Shown: positions 42,069 to 53,484, counted from the stretch's first letter. The stretch: 64,000 bases of DNA from Promethearchaeota archaeon (GCA_019057865.1 JAHLWP010000008.1:68424-132423), one strand, 5' to 3'. Made by a program: numbers and translations. The notes: generated by a model not told the origin, from the letters alone.

Positions 42069-42335
42069 TTATGAAATTTCTGGATGCTTTTTTTCAATAT
42101 TGTTTAAAGTATAAACTAATTCAGTAAGTAATTTTTCATTAGGATAAGCATTTATCGTTTCGCTTAAAATATTTAGAATTTGATTAGCAAGAGATTTTTC
42201 TTGTTCGGTAAGTATAGATTTGCCATTGAATAACAAATCGAATTCCTCTTCAAACCATAGTAAATCTCTTCTAAATTCGCTCTTTAATATTTTATGATAG
42301 TCATAACTTAAAGTCATACGTCTCCTCAAACGCAT
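42069..42335 (-). CDS. Hypothetical protein (probable start at MTLSY after GAGGAG)
   Basis: ORF with RBS; no motif recognised. Confidence 0.55.
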   Translation of the reverse strand: MRLRRRMTLSYDYHKILKSEFRRDLLWFEEEFDLLFNGKSILTEQEKSLANQILNILSETINAYPNEKLLTELVYTLNNIEKKHPEIS

Positions 42336-42546
42336 ATAAATTCAAATAGCCTAACATAATAATTAAAGTACCCATTTAAAAATTTATGCACTTAAATGGT
42401 TTTTCAAGAAAGTAATTTGAAAAAAAAGAATTTAATCTTAAATAGTTAAATTACGTCGGATTTATTAACAATTTTCCTTTAAGATTATAATTAAACATGA
42501 TAAAATGTTTTGATTAATTTATACAATCTTTTAATCAGAATAACCA

Positions 42547-42936
42547 TTAGAAAGGAAAATTCGGATTTACTTTAAATAGATCTTTACCATGAATAATATT
42601 TTTTAGTTCGATTATAATTCTGTTTACATCATTATTTCCTTCTATTTTTGAATTATAGATCTGAGAAAATTCTTCTGGAGTATGTCTACTATTCTGAATT
42701 TCAAATGAGCTGATTGAATAATTTTCTTTTTTATGAGAACCTGAAAGCACAAAGAGACGAGGATATTTTCTTTTCGGAAAGGGCTTTTTTTCTCTTAAAG
42801 TAATTTTAAATACATCATCAGAATCTTTAACATCTTCTAAAGATATATTTTTCCACTTTTCAATTTTCTTAATAAGATTTCTAAATTCACTACTAACTTC
42901 TTGTTTTCTAGTAAATATACCCATTTGTCTCCTCAA
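42547..42936 (-). CDS. Hypothetical protein (probable start at MGIF after GAGGAG)
   Basis: ORF with RBS; no motif recognised. Confidence 0.55.
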   Translation of the reverse strand: MRRQMGIFTRKQEVSSEFRNLIKKIEKWKNISLEDVKDSDDVFKITLREKKPFPKRKYPRLFVLSGSHKKENYSISSFEIQNSRHTPEEFSQIYNSKIEGNNDVNRIIIELKNIIHGKDLFKVNPNFPF

Positions 42937-43087
42937 AAACCAATATAAACCAAAAATGTTTATGGTCTACCATAAATAATAAAGTTCATATTTAAAAACC
43001 TATTTTAAATTACAATTTTTCGAAATAGTAATGCGAAAAAAAGGAAATTCGATAGGTTTATTATAGTAGTAGATAAGATATTAGTAT

Positions 43088-45904
43088 TCAATTTCTTGTT
43101 CGTGGAATAGAAAAATAAAATGTACTTCCCTTATTTTTTCCCTCTGATTCAACCCAAATTTTTCCGCCATGTAATTCAATAATTTTCTTTGAAATATATA
43201 ATCCAAGTCCAGTCCCTTCTATCTCCACATCCCATCCTTGCCCGTATCTTTCGATTTTACCAAATTGTTTAAACAATTGACCTTTTTCTTCTTCAGTAAT
43301 TCCAATTCCACTATCTTTAACAGAAATTATAAAAAAATTATCTTCTATTTCAGATTTAATAGTTATATTTCCACCCGGGGGTGTATATTTTATTGAGTTT
43401 ATTAACAAATTTGAAATTACCTCATGAATCCTTTCTTTATCAAATTCTGCTTTTAGCTTGTCATGCAAAATAAATGATAAAGCTTGATTTCTTAATTTGG
43501 CTAAACCTTGTAGCTCTTTTATTGAATATTTAATTAAGAAATTCAAATCTTCTTCAGTAATATTTAATTGTAATTGACCTTGGTCTAGCTTTGAGCCTTG
43601 TAAAAGTAGATTAATAATTTTTTCTAATCGACTACTTCCGTCTTTGATTTCTCCTAAAACTGTAATAACATCAGTATCAAATTTAGATTTGTGTAGTGTT
43701 AATAAAAGTTCAGTAAATCCTTTAATTGAAATTAATGGGGTTTTCAATTCATGCGAAGTTCTTGATAATAACTCTGTTTTTAATTTATTTATTTCATTTA
43801 ACATAATATTTTGTGCCTCTAAGTCTTGTTGTACTTGCCATCGTTTCTGTTCAATTTCAATAGCATCGCAGATCAAAAATAACACTAATTTATCTTGATT
43901 AGTTATTATCGGATTGTTTTTATAGAATATACAAACTCCACTATTAAATTGATTTTGAGAAGGAATTAATTTTCCATAACATCCTATTAAATTAGTATTT
44001 TCAATAAATTGATCAATTTTAGCATATTTAGTTTCATTTATATTAAAAAATGTTTGAGGAAAATCATGACTTTCATGAAATAATTCACTCACAAAAAGTT
44101 TGTCAAAAAAATCATCAGGATTGTAATCAAATACTCTTTTATCTGAAGTAATTATCTGATACTGTTCTTTTTCATTATAAATACTTTTGTGTACATATAA
44201 GATAAGATCCCCGTTTAATAATTTATTACAAGTTTTTAATAATAATTGGATATTCTTTTGGATCTTTGTTGTAAAACTTAAGAAATTAATATTTAATTCA
44301 TAAATTAATTCTTCATACATCTTCTTTTCAGTAACATCTTCCACCCATAATCTAAAACTAATTAATTCCCCTTTTTCGTTATAATGGTTCACTTTTTTTC
44401 CAGAAAGCCATTTTAATTTTCCTTCTTTATGAATTATCCTAAATTCTAATTCTCTATCTTCCATTGATTTGAAAAATTTATTGATATCATCAGGATGGAT
44501 GAGATTAACCATCATTTCTTCATTTTTCAATTCATCATGCTCATAACCAAATATATTCAATAATCTTGGATTAATATAGGAAATATCTTTATTTACTAAA
44601 TTAACTTCCATTACTCCTACTGAGGAAGTATTTAATAAATCTCTATATTTTTCCTCTGATTCTCTTAATTTTTCTTCTGCTTCTTTTTTTTTAGTAATAT
44701 CCTGAACAATAGCTTGGAAAAAGGTTTTATCTCCGAAATCTAATAAAGTTATTTGTGTATTAACCCACATTGAAGTGCCATCTTTTTTAAAAACTTGAAA
44801 TTCAGTAGGTTCTACTTTCTCTCCTTTATATATTCGCCCTAATTTTTTATTTAGAATTGTATATATTTCTGATGGATGAAGAGGTAAATGTATATAGGAT
44901 TTTCCTATAAATTCTTCCTTAGTATATCCAAATAATTTTTCTGTAGTAGAATTATATTCAATGATTTCACCTTTTAGATCAAAAAGAATAATAGAATAGG
45001 GAGAAGTTTCGATTAAATGACGATATTTTTCTTCAGACTCTTTTAGTTTTTTCTCTGATAATTGCCTTTCAGTTATATCTTCAAGAGTGACTAAAATTCC
45101 AGCAACTTTATCTTCTGAATCGTAGAGGGGTACCCTATTTGTATCAACCCAAATCAATTCTCCATTATCTAATACCCAAGATTCAACTTTATGAAATTCA
45201 GGTTTTCTTGTATCCATAACAATAGTTTCATGCTTCTTAAGTTGATTTACTTTATCTTCATTAAAGAAAATGTCAATATCAGTTTTACCTATTATATCTT
45301 CAGCTTGTTCAATATTTACAAGTTTAGTAAAATTATGATTACAGCCTAAATACACAGAATTAATGTCTTTCCAATAAATATACTGAGGTATGTTTTCCAT
45401 AACCATCTGTAGCATTTCATAAGAGCTTCTTAATGCTTCTTCATATTTTTTTGGATTGATTAATTTCCAAAAACGAATTTCTGGAATCGTTGTAGTCAGT
45501 TTTTGGAATCTTTCCTCGTTCTCATGTAATTTTTCTTCCAAATCTTTAATCTTAGAAATATTTTTTAAAACAACTAATAATTTTTTTTGATGATTTTCAT
45601 CTTTAATTTTTTTTACTTTTATTTCAAACCATATATGTTTGTTGTTTTTATGCTTAACCCTAATTTCTTGTGAGTGGACTTCAGATTCAGTTCCTCTCTT
45701 TAAAACCTTAATTACTTTCTTTATATCATCAGGATGTAAAATACTCAAAATTGATTTGCCAATTAAATCTTTATTTGAATATCCCAGCATATTTTGATAA
45801 TTATGCTCATTAATAAAATCAAATTTGAATTCATTATCTATTTCCACAACACTTATTAAATCATTGACGTATTCAAGATAGGTCTGCGGCTTATAATCGC
45901 TCAA
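43088..45904 (-). CDS. Cytoplasmic multi-PAS sensor histidine kinase
   Basis: About four PAS/PAC repeats (HPDD, EDITE, QDIT, EDVTE); SHELKTPL, NSIKY, DSGIG, GTGLGL. Confidence 0.92.
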   Translation of the reverse strand: MSDYKPQTYLEYVNDLISVVEIDNEFKFDFINEHNYQNMLGYSNKDLIGKSILSILHPDDIKKVIKVLKRGTESEVHSQEIRVKHKNNKHIWFEIKVKKIKDENHQKKLLVVLKNISKIKDLEEKLHENEERFQKLTTTIPEIRFWKLINPKKYEEALRSSYEMLQMVMENIPQYIYWKDINSVYLGCNHNFTKLVNIEQAEDIIGKTDIDIFFNEDKVNQLKKHETIVMDTRKPEFHKVESWVLDNGELIWVDTNRVPLYDSEDKVAGILVTLEDITERQLSEKKLKESEEKYRHLIETSPYSIILFDLKGEIIEYNSTTEKLFGYTKEEFIGKSYIHLPLHPSEIYTILNKKLGRIYKGEKVEPTEFQVFKKDGTSMWVNTQITLLDFGDKTFFQAIVQDITKKKEAEEKLRESEEKYRDLLNTSSVGVMEVNLVNKDISYINPRLLNIFGYEHDELKNEEMMVNLIHPDDINKFFKSMEDRELEFRIIHKEGKLKWLSGKKVNHYNEKGELISFRLWVEDVTEKKMYEELIYELNINFLSFTTKIQKNIQLLLKTCNKLLNGDLILYVHKSIYNEKEQYQIITSDKRVFDYNPDDFFDKLFVSELFHESHDFPQTFFNINETKYAKIDQFIENTNLIGCYGKLIPSQNQFNSGVCIFYKNNPIITNQDKLVLFLICDAIEIEQKRWQVQQDLEAQNIMLNEINKLKTELLSRTSHELKTPLISIKGFTELLLTLHKSKFDTDVITVLGEIKDGSSRLEKIINLLLQGSKLDQGQLQLNITEEDLNFLIKYSIKELQGLAKLRNQALSFILHDKLKAEFDKERIHEVISNLLINSIKYTPPGGNITIKSEIEDNFFIISVKDSGIGITEEEKGQLFKQFGKIERYGQGWDVEIEGTGLGLYISKKIIELHGGKIWVESEGKNKGSTFYFSIPRTRN

Positions 45905-46045
45905 CGTCTTAATTTTAAACCTAATATATAGTATGTTTGAAAATCTATTCCTTTTTATAAATGTAAAAAAAACTTTTAAATATATATATTCGCTTATTTA
46001 ACACTTACGTAACAAATAAATATGCAAAAAATCTAGTTTGTAAAT

Positions 46046-46477
46046 ATGAAACTAAGTAGTGATGATTTTAAAAATAATGAAATGTTGGATAAGAAATTTT
46101 CATTTAGAGCTGATAATATATCTCCGCACTTAAAATGGGAAGATGCTCCTGGAAATGCTAAGAGCTTTGCTATTTCTTGTAATGATCCTGATGCACCTGT
46201 AGGTGATTGGATTCATTGGTTAGTACATGATATTCCTGTCAATGTAGAAGAGATACCTCAAGGTGGACCTGTTCCTGGAATTGAAATTGAAAATGATTAC
46301 AGACAAAAAGGCTATGGTGGTCCCGCCCCACCTTCAGGTACACATCGATATTTTTTTAGGGTCTATGCGCTTGACATTGAGGAATTAGAGGGAGTCACTA
46401 AAAATAATTTTATCGAGAAAGTTAAAGAGCATACAATTGAATCTGCAGAAATTATTGGATTATATAAATCTAAGTGA
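46046..46477 (+). CDS. YbhB/YbcL (PEBP) family protein
   Basis: DPDAP..WIHW and YGGPAPPSGTHRYFF. Confidence 0.9.
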   Translation: MKLSSDDFKNNEMLDKKFSFRADNISPHLKWEDAPGNAKSFAISCNDPDAPVGDWIHWLVHDIPVNVEEIPQGGPVPGIEIENDYRQKGYGGPAPPSGTHRYFFRVYALDIEELEGVTKNNFIEKVKEHTIESAEIIGLYKSK

Positions 46478-46498
46478 AGTAATAGGTTTTGTTCAGAT

Positions 46499-47662
46499 TT
46501 AATATTTTCTTAATTGGTTAACGGCTTTAGTTATATCTTCAAAATTATTATAATAATTAAATGCAAATCTTAAAAGTGTGCTTCTAGAGAAATGTGGATA
46601 TTTTTTTAAAGTCACATATATATTGTTTTTTACTAAATGTTCATAAATTATTTCTGCATTCTCATGTTCAAGAGTTATAATTCCGGATCTGAATTCAATT
46701 TCAAGAGGGGTAATTATTCTATAACTCAAATTTTTTATTTCATCTAAAAATTTGGTTGTTAATAATATTATTCTCTCTTGTATTTTTTTAACCCCATTTT
46801 GAATATTCCCATTTCCTATTTTAATTTTAATTAAGTCTAATCCCCCTTTTAATGATAGTAGTGCAGCAAAATTGGGACACCCTCCAAAAGCATCCATATA
46901 TCGTGTTTTATTTAGAACTCTCATATTTTCATTATCGAGTGAATATGGATCCTCAACACTCAACCAACTTGAAAAAGGGATCCCCTTTTCTTTAATCAGT
47001 TTTTCATTTATATATAAAATTCCTGCCCCATAACCACATGCTGCCCATTTTACAGCATTACTAACAATTATATCAATATTTTGTTTTATAATATCAATTT
47101 CAAAAGAAAAAAAAGATTGCGTAGCATTAATTATATTAATAAGTCTATGTTCCTTACAAAAATCTCCTAATTCATTAAGATTTTGTTTAAAACCAGTAAG
47201 AGATTGAACATGACTATGAATGATATATTTAGTATTTTTAGTAATCATTTTTTTAAAATCATGTACTAAATATTTATTATTCCATGGAGGAATTTTTTTA
47301 CAAGTAAAGCCTAATCGTCTAAAGATATGAATTGAAGCAGGAAATTCAATAGAGGGATATAAAATTTCGCCTTTTTCTAATAGGCGCGCAATAACATTCA
47401 TACCAGAAGATGTGTTAGTTAAAAGTGCTATTTCTTCAGGTTCAGCATTAATATAATGGGAAATATTCTCTCTTGCTAAATCAATCTCATCCATAAAATC
47501 TTCAAAATGAATATCTCCATAACTTAACATATCATTAAAATAAGCAATTCCCTTCTCGTAAGCACTTTTACTTATTGGAGATGCTGAAGCAGCCATAATA
47601 TATACTAAATTTTTAAGTGCTGGAAACTGATCATTTCGAATTTCTTCCCAATCGACAGACAT
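46499..47662 (-). CDS. PLP-dependent aminotransferase class V protein
   Basis: NTSSG, EFPA, ATQS, SNAVKW (PLP lysine), RSGI, LRF..YYN; no SufS/NifS catalytic Cys loop. Confidence 0.8.
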   Translation of the reverse strand: MSVDWEEIRNDQFPALKNLVYIMAASASPISKSAYEKGIAYFNDMLSYGDIHFEDFMDEIDLARENISHYINAEPEEIALLTNTSSGMNVIARLLEKGEILYPSIEFPASIHIFRRLGFTCKKIPPWNNKYLVHDFKKMITKNTKYIIHSHVQSLTGFKQNLNELGDFCKEHRLINIINATQSFFSFEIDIIKQNIDIIVSNAVKWAACGYGAGILYINEKLIKEKGIPFSSWLSVEDPYSLDNENMRVLNKTRYMDAFGGCPNFAALLSLKGGLDLIKIKIGNGNIQNGVKKIQERIILLTTKFLDEIKNLSYRIITPLEIEFRSGIITLEHENAEIIYEHLVKNNIYVTLKKYPHFSRSTLLRFAFNYYNNFEDITKAVNQLRKY

Positions 47663-47839
47663 ATTATTTCATAATTAAGGCTTATTTATTAAATAAATGA
47701 TCTGGTTTAGTATATGATAGAATTCAATTTAATCTTGTAGAAATTTATGATTTATAACCGTTAAATATTTGAAATCAATAGGGTTAATTCTTTATATATC
47801 AAAATTAAACATCTTTATTCAAAAAAAAAAGTGAAATAA

Positions 47840-48685
47840 ATGGGGATGGAGGATTTTCTACAATGTTTAAGTTGTGGTAAAAAATTAGGTCCTAAATCAA
47901 AAGAAATGGCAAGTCAATGTACAGAATGTATATTAAAATTAGATTTTAAAACAAAAGATTTAGACCATATTCATATAGATAGAAATCTTCAGAAAATTTT
48001 AGATTTTTTCATATCTGACGTAAATGCTGCGTTTAATAAAGATCCTGCAGCTCATACTTTAATTGAAGTCTTAACTAGTTATCCAGGAATAAAAGCAGTA
48101 TTATTATATCGGATTGCACATTTTTTTTGGAAATTAGGAATGCCCTATATTCCAAGATATATATCTGATATTGCGAGACAATTAACAGCTATAGAGATTC
48201 ATCCTGGAGCTGAGATTGGAAGTGAATTTTTTATTGATCATGGCGCAGGTGTTATTATTGGAGAAACTGCTGAAATTGGAAATAATGTGACTTTATATGC
48301 AGGAGTGGTTTTAGGAGGAACAAGATTGGAACGAAAAAAAAGGCACCCAACCTTAGGAAACAATGTTGTTGTAGGAACTGGCGCTAAGATATTAGGACCC
48401 ATTATAATTGGTGATAATGTAAGAGTTGGAGCTAATTCAGTTGTAGTAAATAATGTCCCTTCAAATTCTGTTGTAGTTGGAGTTCCAGGCAAAATTATTT
48501 CAAGAAAGGGTGAAAAAATTGAGAGAATTGATTTAAGACATGGAGACCTACCAGATCCCATAACAATCGCAATATCAAGCTTAGAGAGACGAATAAGAGA
48601 ATTAGAGAAAAATTTTCCAAACAATCGGCAAATAATAAGCGAAGATATAGAAATTTTTTATGAAGAAGATGGTGGAGGTATATGA
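47840..48685 (+). CDS. cysE: Serine O-acetyltransferase with N-terminal CxxC-CxxC extension
   Basis: DPAA, YPG..A, IEIHPGA, FIDHG.G, KRHPTLG hexapeptide repeats. Confidence 0.93.
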   Translation: MGMEDFLQCLSCGKKLGPKSKEMASQCTECILKLDFKTKDLDHIHIDRNLQKILDFFISDVNAAFNKDPAAHTLIEVLTSYPGIKAVLLYRIAHFFWKLGMPYIPRYISDIARQLTAIEIHPGAEIGSEFFIDHGAGVIIGETAEIGNNVTLYAGVVLGGTRLERKKRHPTLGNNVVVGTGAKILGPIIIGDNVRVGANSVVVNNVPSNSVVVGVPGKIISRKGEKIERIDLRHGDLPDPITIAISSLERRIRELEKNFPNNRQIISEDIEIFYEEDGGGI

Positions 48686-49626
48686 AAAAAATGGTAAATT
48701 TTTATAATAATATTATTGAGACGATTGGAAAAACTCCCTTAGTAAAATTGAATAGAATCGTTAAGGATATTGATCCAAAACCTAATATCTTTGCAAAATT
48801 AGAATATTTTAATCCAGGTGGTAGTGTTAAAGATAGGATTGGAATGGCTATGATTGAAAAAGCTGAAGAAGAAGGGATAATAAGTAAAGATATCACAATA
48901 GTTGAACCCACATCTGGAAATACAGGAATAGGTTTAGCATTTGTATGTGCTTCTAAAGGTTATAAATTAATTCTTACCATGCCAGATAGTGTCTCAATTG
49001 AAAGGACACAAATTCTAAAAGCCTATGGAGCAGAAGTACTTCTTACTCCAAAAGAAAATGGAATGAAAGGAGCAATAGCTAAAGCAGAGGAATTAGCAAA
49101 AGAAAAAGGAAATACTTTTATCCCCCAACAATTTAAAAATTTAGCAAATCCAGATATTCATCGAAGAACAACTGCTAAAGAAATATTTAATGATTTAGCT
49201 GGTCAAGTTGATGGATTTGTTGCTGGTGTGGGAACAGGAGGAACTATAACTGGAGTAGGTGAGATATTAAAAGATAGAGTAGGGGCAAGATTAAAGGTAT
49301 ATGCAGTAGAACCTAAAGACTCACCAGTTTTATCTGGCGGAAGTCCTGGGCCTCATAAGATACAGGGAATCGGAGCAGGATTTATTCCAGAAGTCCTTAA
49401 TACAAAAATATATGATAAAACTATTAAAGTTGCGTATGAGGATGCAATTGTTACTGCTCGAAAATTAACAAAATTGGAAGGTATTTTCGCTGGAATTAGC
49501 TCAGGAGCAATAGCATGGGCAGCTATTTATGTAGCCTCAAAAGATTTTGAAGATGGGGAAAATATTGTATTTATTACCTGTGACACAGGAGAAAGATATT
49601 TATCAACTGAATTGTATCAATTTTAA
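48682..49626 (+). CDS. cysK: Cysteine synthase A
   Basis: NPGGSVKDRI, PTSGNTG, GVGTGGT, HKIQGIGAGFIP, DTGERYLST; overlaps the cysE stop. Confidence 0.95.
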   Translation: MKKMVNFYNNIIETIGKTPLVKLNRIVKDIDPKPNIFAKLEYFNPGGSVKDRIGMAMIEKAEEEGIISKDITIVEPTSGNTGIGLAFVCASKGYKLILTMPDSVSIERTQILKAYGAEVLLTPKENGMKGAIAKAEELAKEKGNTFIPQQFKNLANPDIHRRTTAKEIFNDLAGQVDGFVAGVGTGGTITGVGEILKDRVGARLKVYAVEPKDSPVLSGGSPGPHKIQGIGAGFIPEVLNTKIYDKTIKVAYEDAIVTARKLTKLEGIFAGISSGAIAWAAIYVASKDFEDGENIVFITCDTGERYLSTELYQF

Positions 49627-49630
49627 TTTT

Positions 49631-50539
49631 TTATGGATTTGAAATTTGTGGAGTAGTTAAGATTTCAAGAATCGTTTCCCTATATGTTTCTATATTCCAA
49701 TCTAAATTATTCTTTAAATTTTCAGAAATTTCTTTAAATATCTTTTTGATTCTCAAGGATTCAAGATAGTTTATTTCTGGAGCAATTAAGCATAACATAT
49801 ATTGTTTTTCACCATACCTTTCACCTTCTTTTGGGTAAGAATTAAAAAATAAATAGCCTTTATTTTTAATATTTTCAATGTTTAGTAAAATTCCTTGTCC
49901 TTTAGTTATGTTATCATGCCCATAAATCGAAGTTGCAGCCTGAAACAGTTGACTTCCTAAGTCTTTAAGTGCTATCGGAAAATTTTTTTCTTTAGGATAG
50001 TAATCCTTTAACACAGGACCAATTTTATCATCCCATTCTACTAAAAATAAACAAACTAATTTTTTTTCTTCTTTAGAAATTGATGGTGTGAAATCAATTT
50101 TTAAAGAATCAAGGAATTCATTAATTTTCTTATTGATTTTCTTTGCGTCTTTATTTCTTAAAATTTTTCCAGAAATAGTAGCTAGTAAATCCTCTTCATC
50201 AAAAGGTTTAGTAATATAATCATCTACACCTAACATCTTCCCTAATCTAATATCTTCTGGAGTAGACTTTGCTGTTAAAAAGAGAAATGGAATATGACCC
50301 CATTGTGTGTTATGAGAGACATGTTCGAAAAAATCATATCCATCTATTCCGGGCATCATTATATCACTAATAATTACTTCAGGAAGCTCATCTAAATTTG
50401 AGAGGATATCAATTGCTTGTTTTCCACTAATTGTTGTAAGTACTCTATATTCTTTAGCTTCTAATAATAATTTTATATTATACAATATATCTTGGTTATC
50501 ATCGACCAATAAAATAAGAGATTTCTCAGACGAACTCAA
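49631..50539 (-). CDS. Response regulator receiver fused to a uDENN/longin-like domain
   Basis: REC motifs LLVDD, SDIMMP, FLTAK, YITKPF; C-terminal LFLVEWDDKIGPVLKDYYP. Confidence 0.75.
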   Translation of the reverse strand: MSSSEKSLILLVDDNQDILYNIKLLLEAKEYRVLTTISGKQAIDILSNLDELPEVIISDIMMPGIDGYDFFEHVSHNTQWGHIPFLFLTAKSTPEDIRLGKMLGVDDYITKPFDEEDLLATISGKILRNKDAKKINKKINEFLDSLKIDFTPSISKEEKKLVCLFLVEWDDKIGPVLKDYYPKEKNFPIALKDLGSQLFQAATSIYGHDNITKGQGILLNIENIKNKGYLFFNSYPKEGERYGEKQYMLCLIAPEINYLESLRIKKIFKEISENLKNNLDWNIETYRETILEILTTPQISNP

Positions 50540-50613
50540 TTGAATTCCCTCAAAAAACTATATGATAAATTTACTATTGCAGTTATTAATATCAATCAAG
50601 TTTATATATATTT

Positions 50614-52875
50614 TTATTTTTCAGAATGATTTAAACGTGGAAAAAATATGTTAAAAGTGGACCCTTTATCTAATTCACTCTCAACGAATACTTCACCTTT
50701 ATGAAGTTCAATTAATTCTTTTGCAATAGATAATCCTAGACCTGTTCCGGGGATTTCACTAACATTACTTGATCTATAAAATCTTTCAAATATGTGAGGT
50801 AATTCATCTTCAGAAATGCCCTTTCCAGTATCTTTAAATTGAAAGAGAACTCCATTATTTCCGTCTAAATTATATTTTCCTTTATAATTATCAAATGAAT
50901 TAATTTCAATAGTAGAATTGGCTTTTGAATATTTTATAGCATTATCAATAAAAATACGAAAAATTTGGTCAATTCGTTTAGGGTCTCCTTTTAATATAAG
51001 ATTTTTATCAATTTCAATTTTAAAGTTTAAATTTTTCTCTTTGCCAATTGGTTCCATAAGTGTTAATATATTATTAATTATCTCTAATGGATTATACTCA
51101 ATCCAATCGATATCTACTCTTTTCTCATCGATCCTCGATATCATTAAAATATCATCAGCTAATTTATGAAGTAATGTAACATTTCTATCAATCCCATCCA
51201 TAAGATTTGTTTCCACTTCTGTTTGAAGATTGTCTTTATTTTTTCTTAAAAAATCCAATGACATCAATAAGACAGTAATAGGAGTTCTCAACTCATGAGA
51301 TACGGTTGATACTAATTGCTGTAATTTAGTTTCAGCTTGTTTACGTTTAGTTATATCCAGTCCATATACATTTAAGTAATTTTCTCCTTTTACAGGTGTA
51401 ATTACAAAAGAAAAAACTTTATTATTCAATTTTAATTCAATTTGTTCAAGCTTTTGTGTCTTAATAACCTTGGAAATGGTTTCTTCTAAAATTTTTGGAT
51501 TTTGTGTGCTATTCTGCATATTGAATATACTTCGGGCGATTTTATTAGCATAAATAACACCTTCTTTTCTCAATCTGAATACAGGATATGGATTTTCGGA
51601 GGGAAACCTTGCTAAATCCCTAATTTTACTCTCAGCGATTTTGCGTTCAGTAATATCTCTACAGATTGATTGAAGGTAGGTTTTTCCACCTAAATTGATA
51701 ACTTTTGCTATAACATAGATATCTTTAATTTCACCATTTTTCGTAAGAAATTTTGTTTCAAAATCATTTCTTCCTTCTTTTAAAACCTTATCAATATGGA
51801 TTTTTGTATCTTCAATGTCTTCATTTGCATCGTAATCAGGAACTTTTAATTTTGCGAATTCTTCTCTTGAGTAACCAAGGATGTTACATATTGCATCATT
51901 AAATTCAACACCTTTAAGAGTTTTGGGATCCAGTATTACGATACTATCAGGAGATTGTTCAAAAGTGGTACGATATCTTAATTCTGCCTCTTTAAGAAGT
52001 ATATTTGCTTTTTCAAGGTCACTCGCTTTAGCAATTAAATTTTTTTCACTTAATTTTAACTTTCTAAATAAAAGATTAATAGGATTTTCTAAGCCAATAT
52101 TTATAATAGCTTTATACAAAAAGAAGAAAGAGATTATTTTAAAAATATGTCCAATTAAATTTGGAATTCCATAAGCATGTACATAAAGTGTAAAAGATAC
52201 CTCAGCAATTATAGTAAATACAATTGAGTATAATAAGGTTAGGTAAATTTTTCTTTCAAATAAAATTCGTCGCTTATAAATAATGAAAATAGTTATAAAA
52301 AGTAGAAAATCAATTATATATTCACTAATTATTTTAAAAGGTGTTAAACCAGTTCCTTCAATAAAGCAGTCAGGAAAAGCTTTTGAAAAAATTAATACTA
52401 ATAGAAGAAATGTAATTATAGTGTAAAATATGATCAGATTGTTGATTTTAATTTTTTTATTTATTACTATAGATGCAAAAAGAAAAGATCCTGACTGCGT
52501 ATAACGTGCTGCGATCCAGAATTGTGCTGCTAAGTTTGTATCATAATCAGGAAATATTTCCATACCAGGATATGCTAAAGAATGAATTAAATCTAAAAAA
52601 CCAACGTATAAGAAAGATACGCCAATTACGAGAAAAAATGAATTATCAATGCGTTTTCGAGAATTCCAGCAAATGATAAAAATACCTCCTCCTATAACAA
52701 TGCTGAAGAGTTCAGCAATTGTATGGAAAAGGAGATAATTATAAAATATAGTTAAGTAGGTTAAAAATAATATTATCAGAAAAAGATAAATTTCTACATG
52801 ATAATTTTTATTATCAGGATTTCTGCGGATAGTTGTAGTATCTGAATATAGATTATTTATTTGTTTATCAACCAT
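50614..52875 (-). CDS. MASE3-PAS membrane sensor histidine kinase
   Basis: YLLFHTIAELFSI..FLDLIHSLAYPGM (MASE3), PAS, SHELRTP, NAIKY, GTGLGL. Confidence 0.9.
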   Translation of the reverse strand: MVDKQINNLYSDTTTIRRNPDNKNYHVEIYLFLIILFLTYLTIFYNYLLFHTIAELFSIVIGGGIFIICWNSRKRIDNSFFLVIGVSFLYVGFLDLIHSLAYPGMEIFPDYDTNLAAQFWIAARYTQSGSFLFASIVINKKIKINNLIIFYTIITFLLLVLIFSKAFPDCFIEGTGLTPFKIISEYIIDFLLFITIFIIYKRRILFERKIYLTLLYSIVFTIIAEVSFTLYVHAYGIPNLIGHIFKIISFFFLYKAIINIGLENPINLLFRKLKLSEKNLIAKASDLEKANILLKEAELRYRTTFEQSPDSIVILDPKTLKGVEFNDAICNILGYSREEFAKLKVPDYDANEDIEDTKIHIDKVLKEGRNDFETKFLTKNGEIKDIYVIAKVINLGGKTYLQSICRDITERKIAESKIRDLARFPSENPYPVFRLRKEGVIYANKIARSIFNMQNSTQNPKILEETISKVIKTQKLEQIELKLNNKVFSFVITPVKGENYLNVYGLDITKRKQAETKLQQLVSTVSHELRTPITVLLMSLDFLRKNKDNLQTEVETNLMDGIDRNVTLLHKLADDILMISRIDEKRVDIDWIEYNPLEIINNILTLMEPIGKEKNLNFKIEIDKNLILKGDPKRIDQIFRIFIDNAIKYSKANSTIEINSFDNYKGKYNLDGNNGVLFQFKDTGKGISEDELPHIFERFYRSSNVSEIPGTGLGLSIAKELIELHKGEVFVESELDKGSTFNIFFPRLNHSEK

Positions 52876-52914
52876 TGATTTACCTTAATTATCTTAACTT
52901 TTTAAATTATTTTT

Positions 52915-53484
52915 TCATAAGCGTGATTTTTCAAAAATAGTATATATTGAAGTTTTATGGATTGAGTAATTAAAATTGGCAGGTATGCTTTCTTTTATTA
53001 AATTAATTACTTCTTTAACAATATTCTCATTAATATTTTTATTGTATTGTTCTAAATCTGGATCGAATTTATGTAAAAATATTGAAAAATCTACAGTTCT
53101 GTCATATTCTTGTAAAAGATTAATAACTTCTTCCATGTAGCTTAATGCTAAATTATAGCGTTCAACATCTTGAATATCAATTACATAAATTATTTTTCTA
53201 GTCCCAGCAATATATTGATTAAAATTTTCTAAATATTCTTTTCGGAAAGCTTCTTGTCCTCCAAAATCCCAAATATTATAGTTTGAGTTAGAAATCTTAA
53301 AACTTACGATATCTGCTCCCTTAGTCGGTTTAATAGAACAAAAAGATAAAAGGTTTTTAATACCTCTTAAACATAACAAGATTGAGGTCTTTCCACTATT
53401 GTCTAGACCCATAATTAATATTTTCTGAGTATATTCTCCTCCAATATCTTTACCCTTTTTTGCCATGATTGATATGAACAACAA
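52915..53484 (-). CDS. Small GTPase, Rag/Gtr-like (Arf-related)
   Basis: G1 GLDNSGKTS, G2 PT, G3 WDFGGQ, G4 HKFD, G5 TSI. Confidence 0.85.
   Translation of the reverse strand: MLFISIMAKKGKDIGGEYTQKILIMGLDNSGKTSILLCLRGIKNLLSFCSIKPTKGADIVSFKISNSNYNIWDFGGQEAFRKEYLENFNQYIAGTRKIIYVIDIQDVERYNLALSYMEEVINLLQEYDRTVDFSIFLHKFDPDLEQYNKNINENIVKEVINLIKESIPANFNYSIHKTSIYTIFEKSRL

Noticed and set aside
46499-47662. Cysteine desulfurase (SufS/NifS)
   Set aside because: The catalytic Cys loop (RxGxHCA or SSGSAC) is absent.
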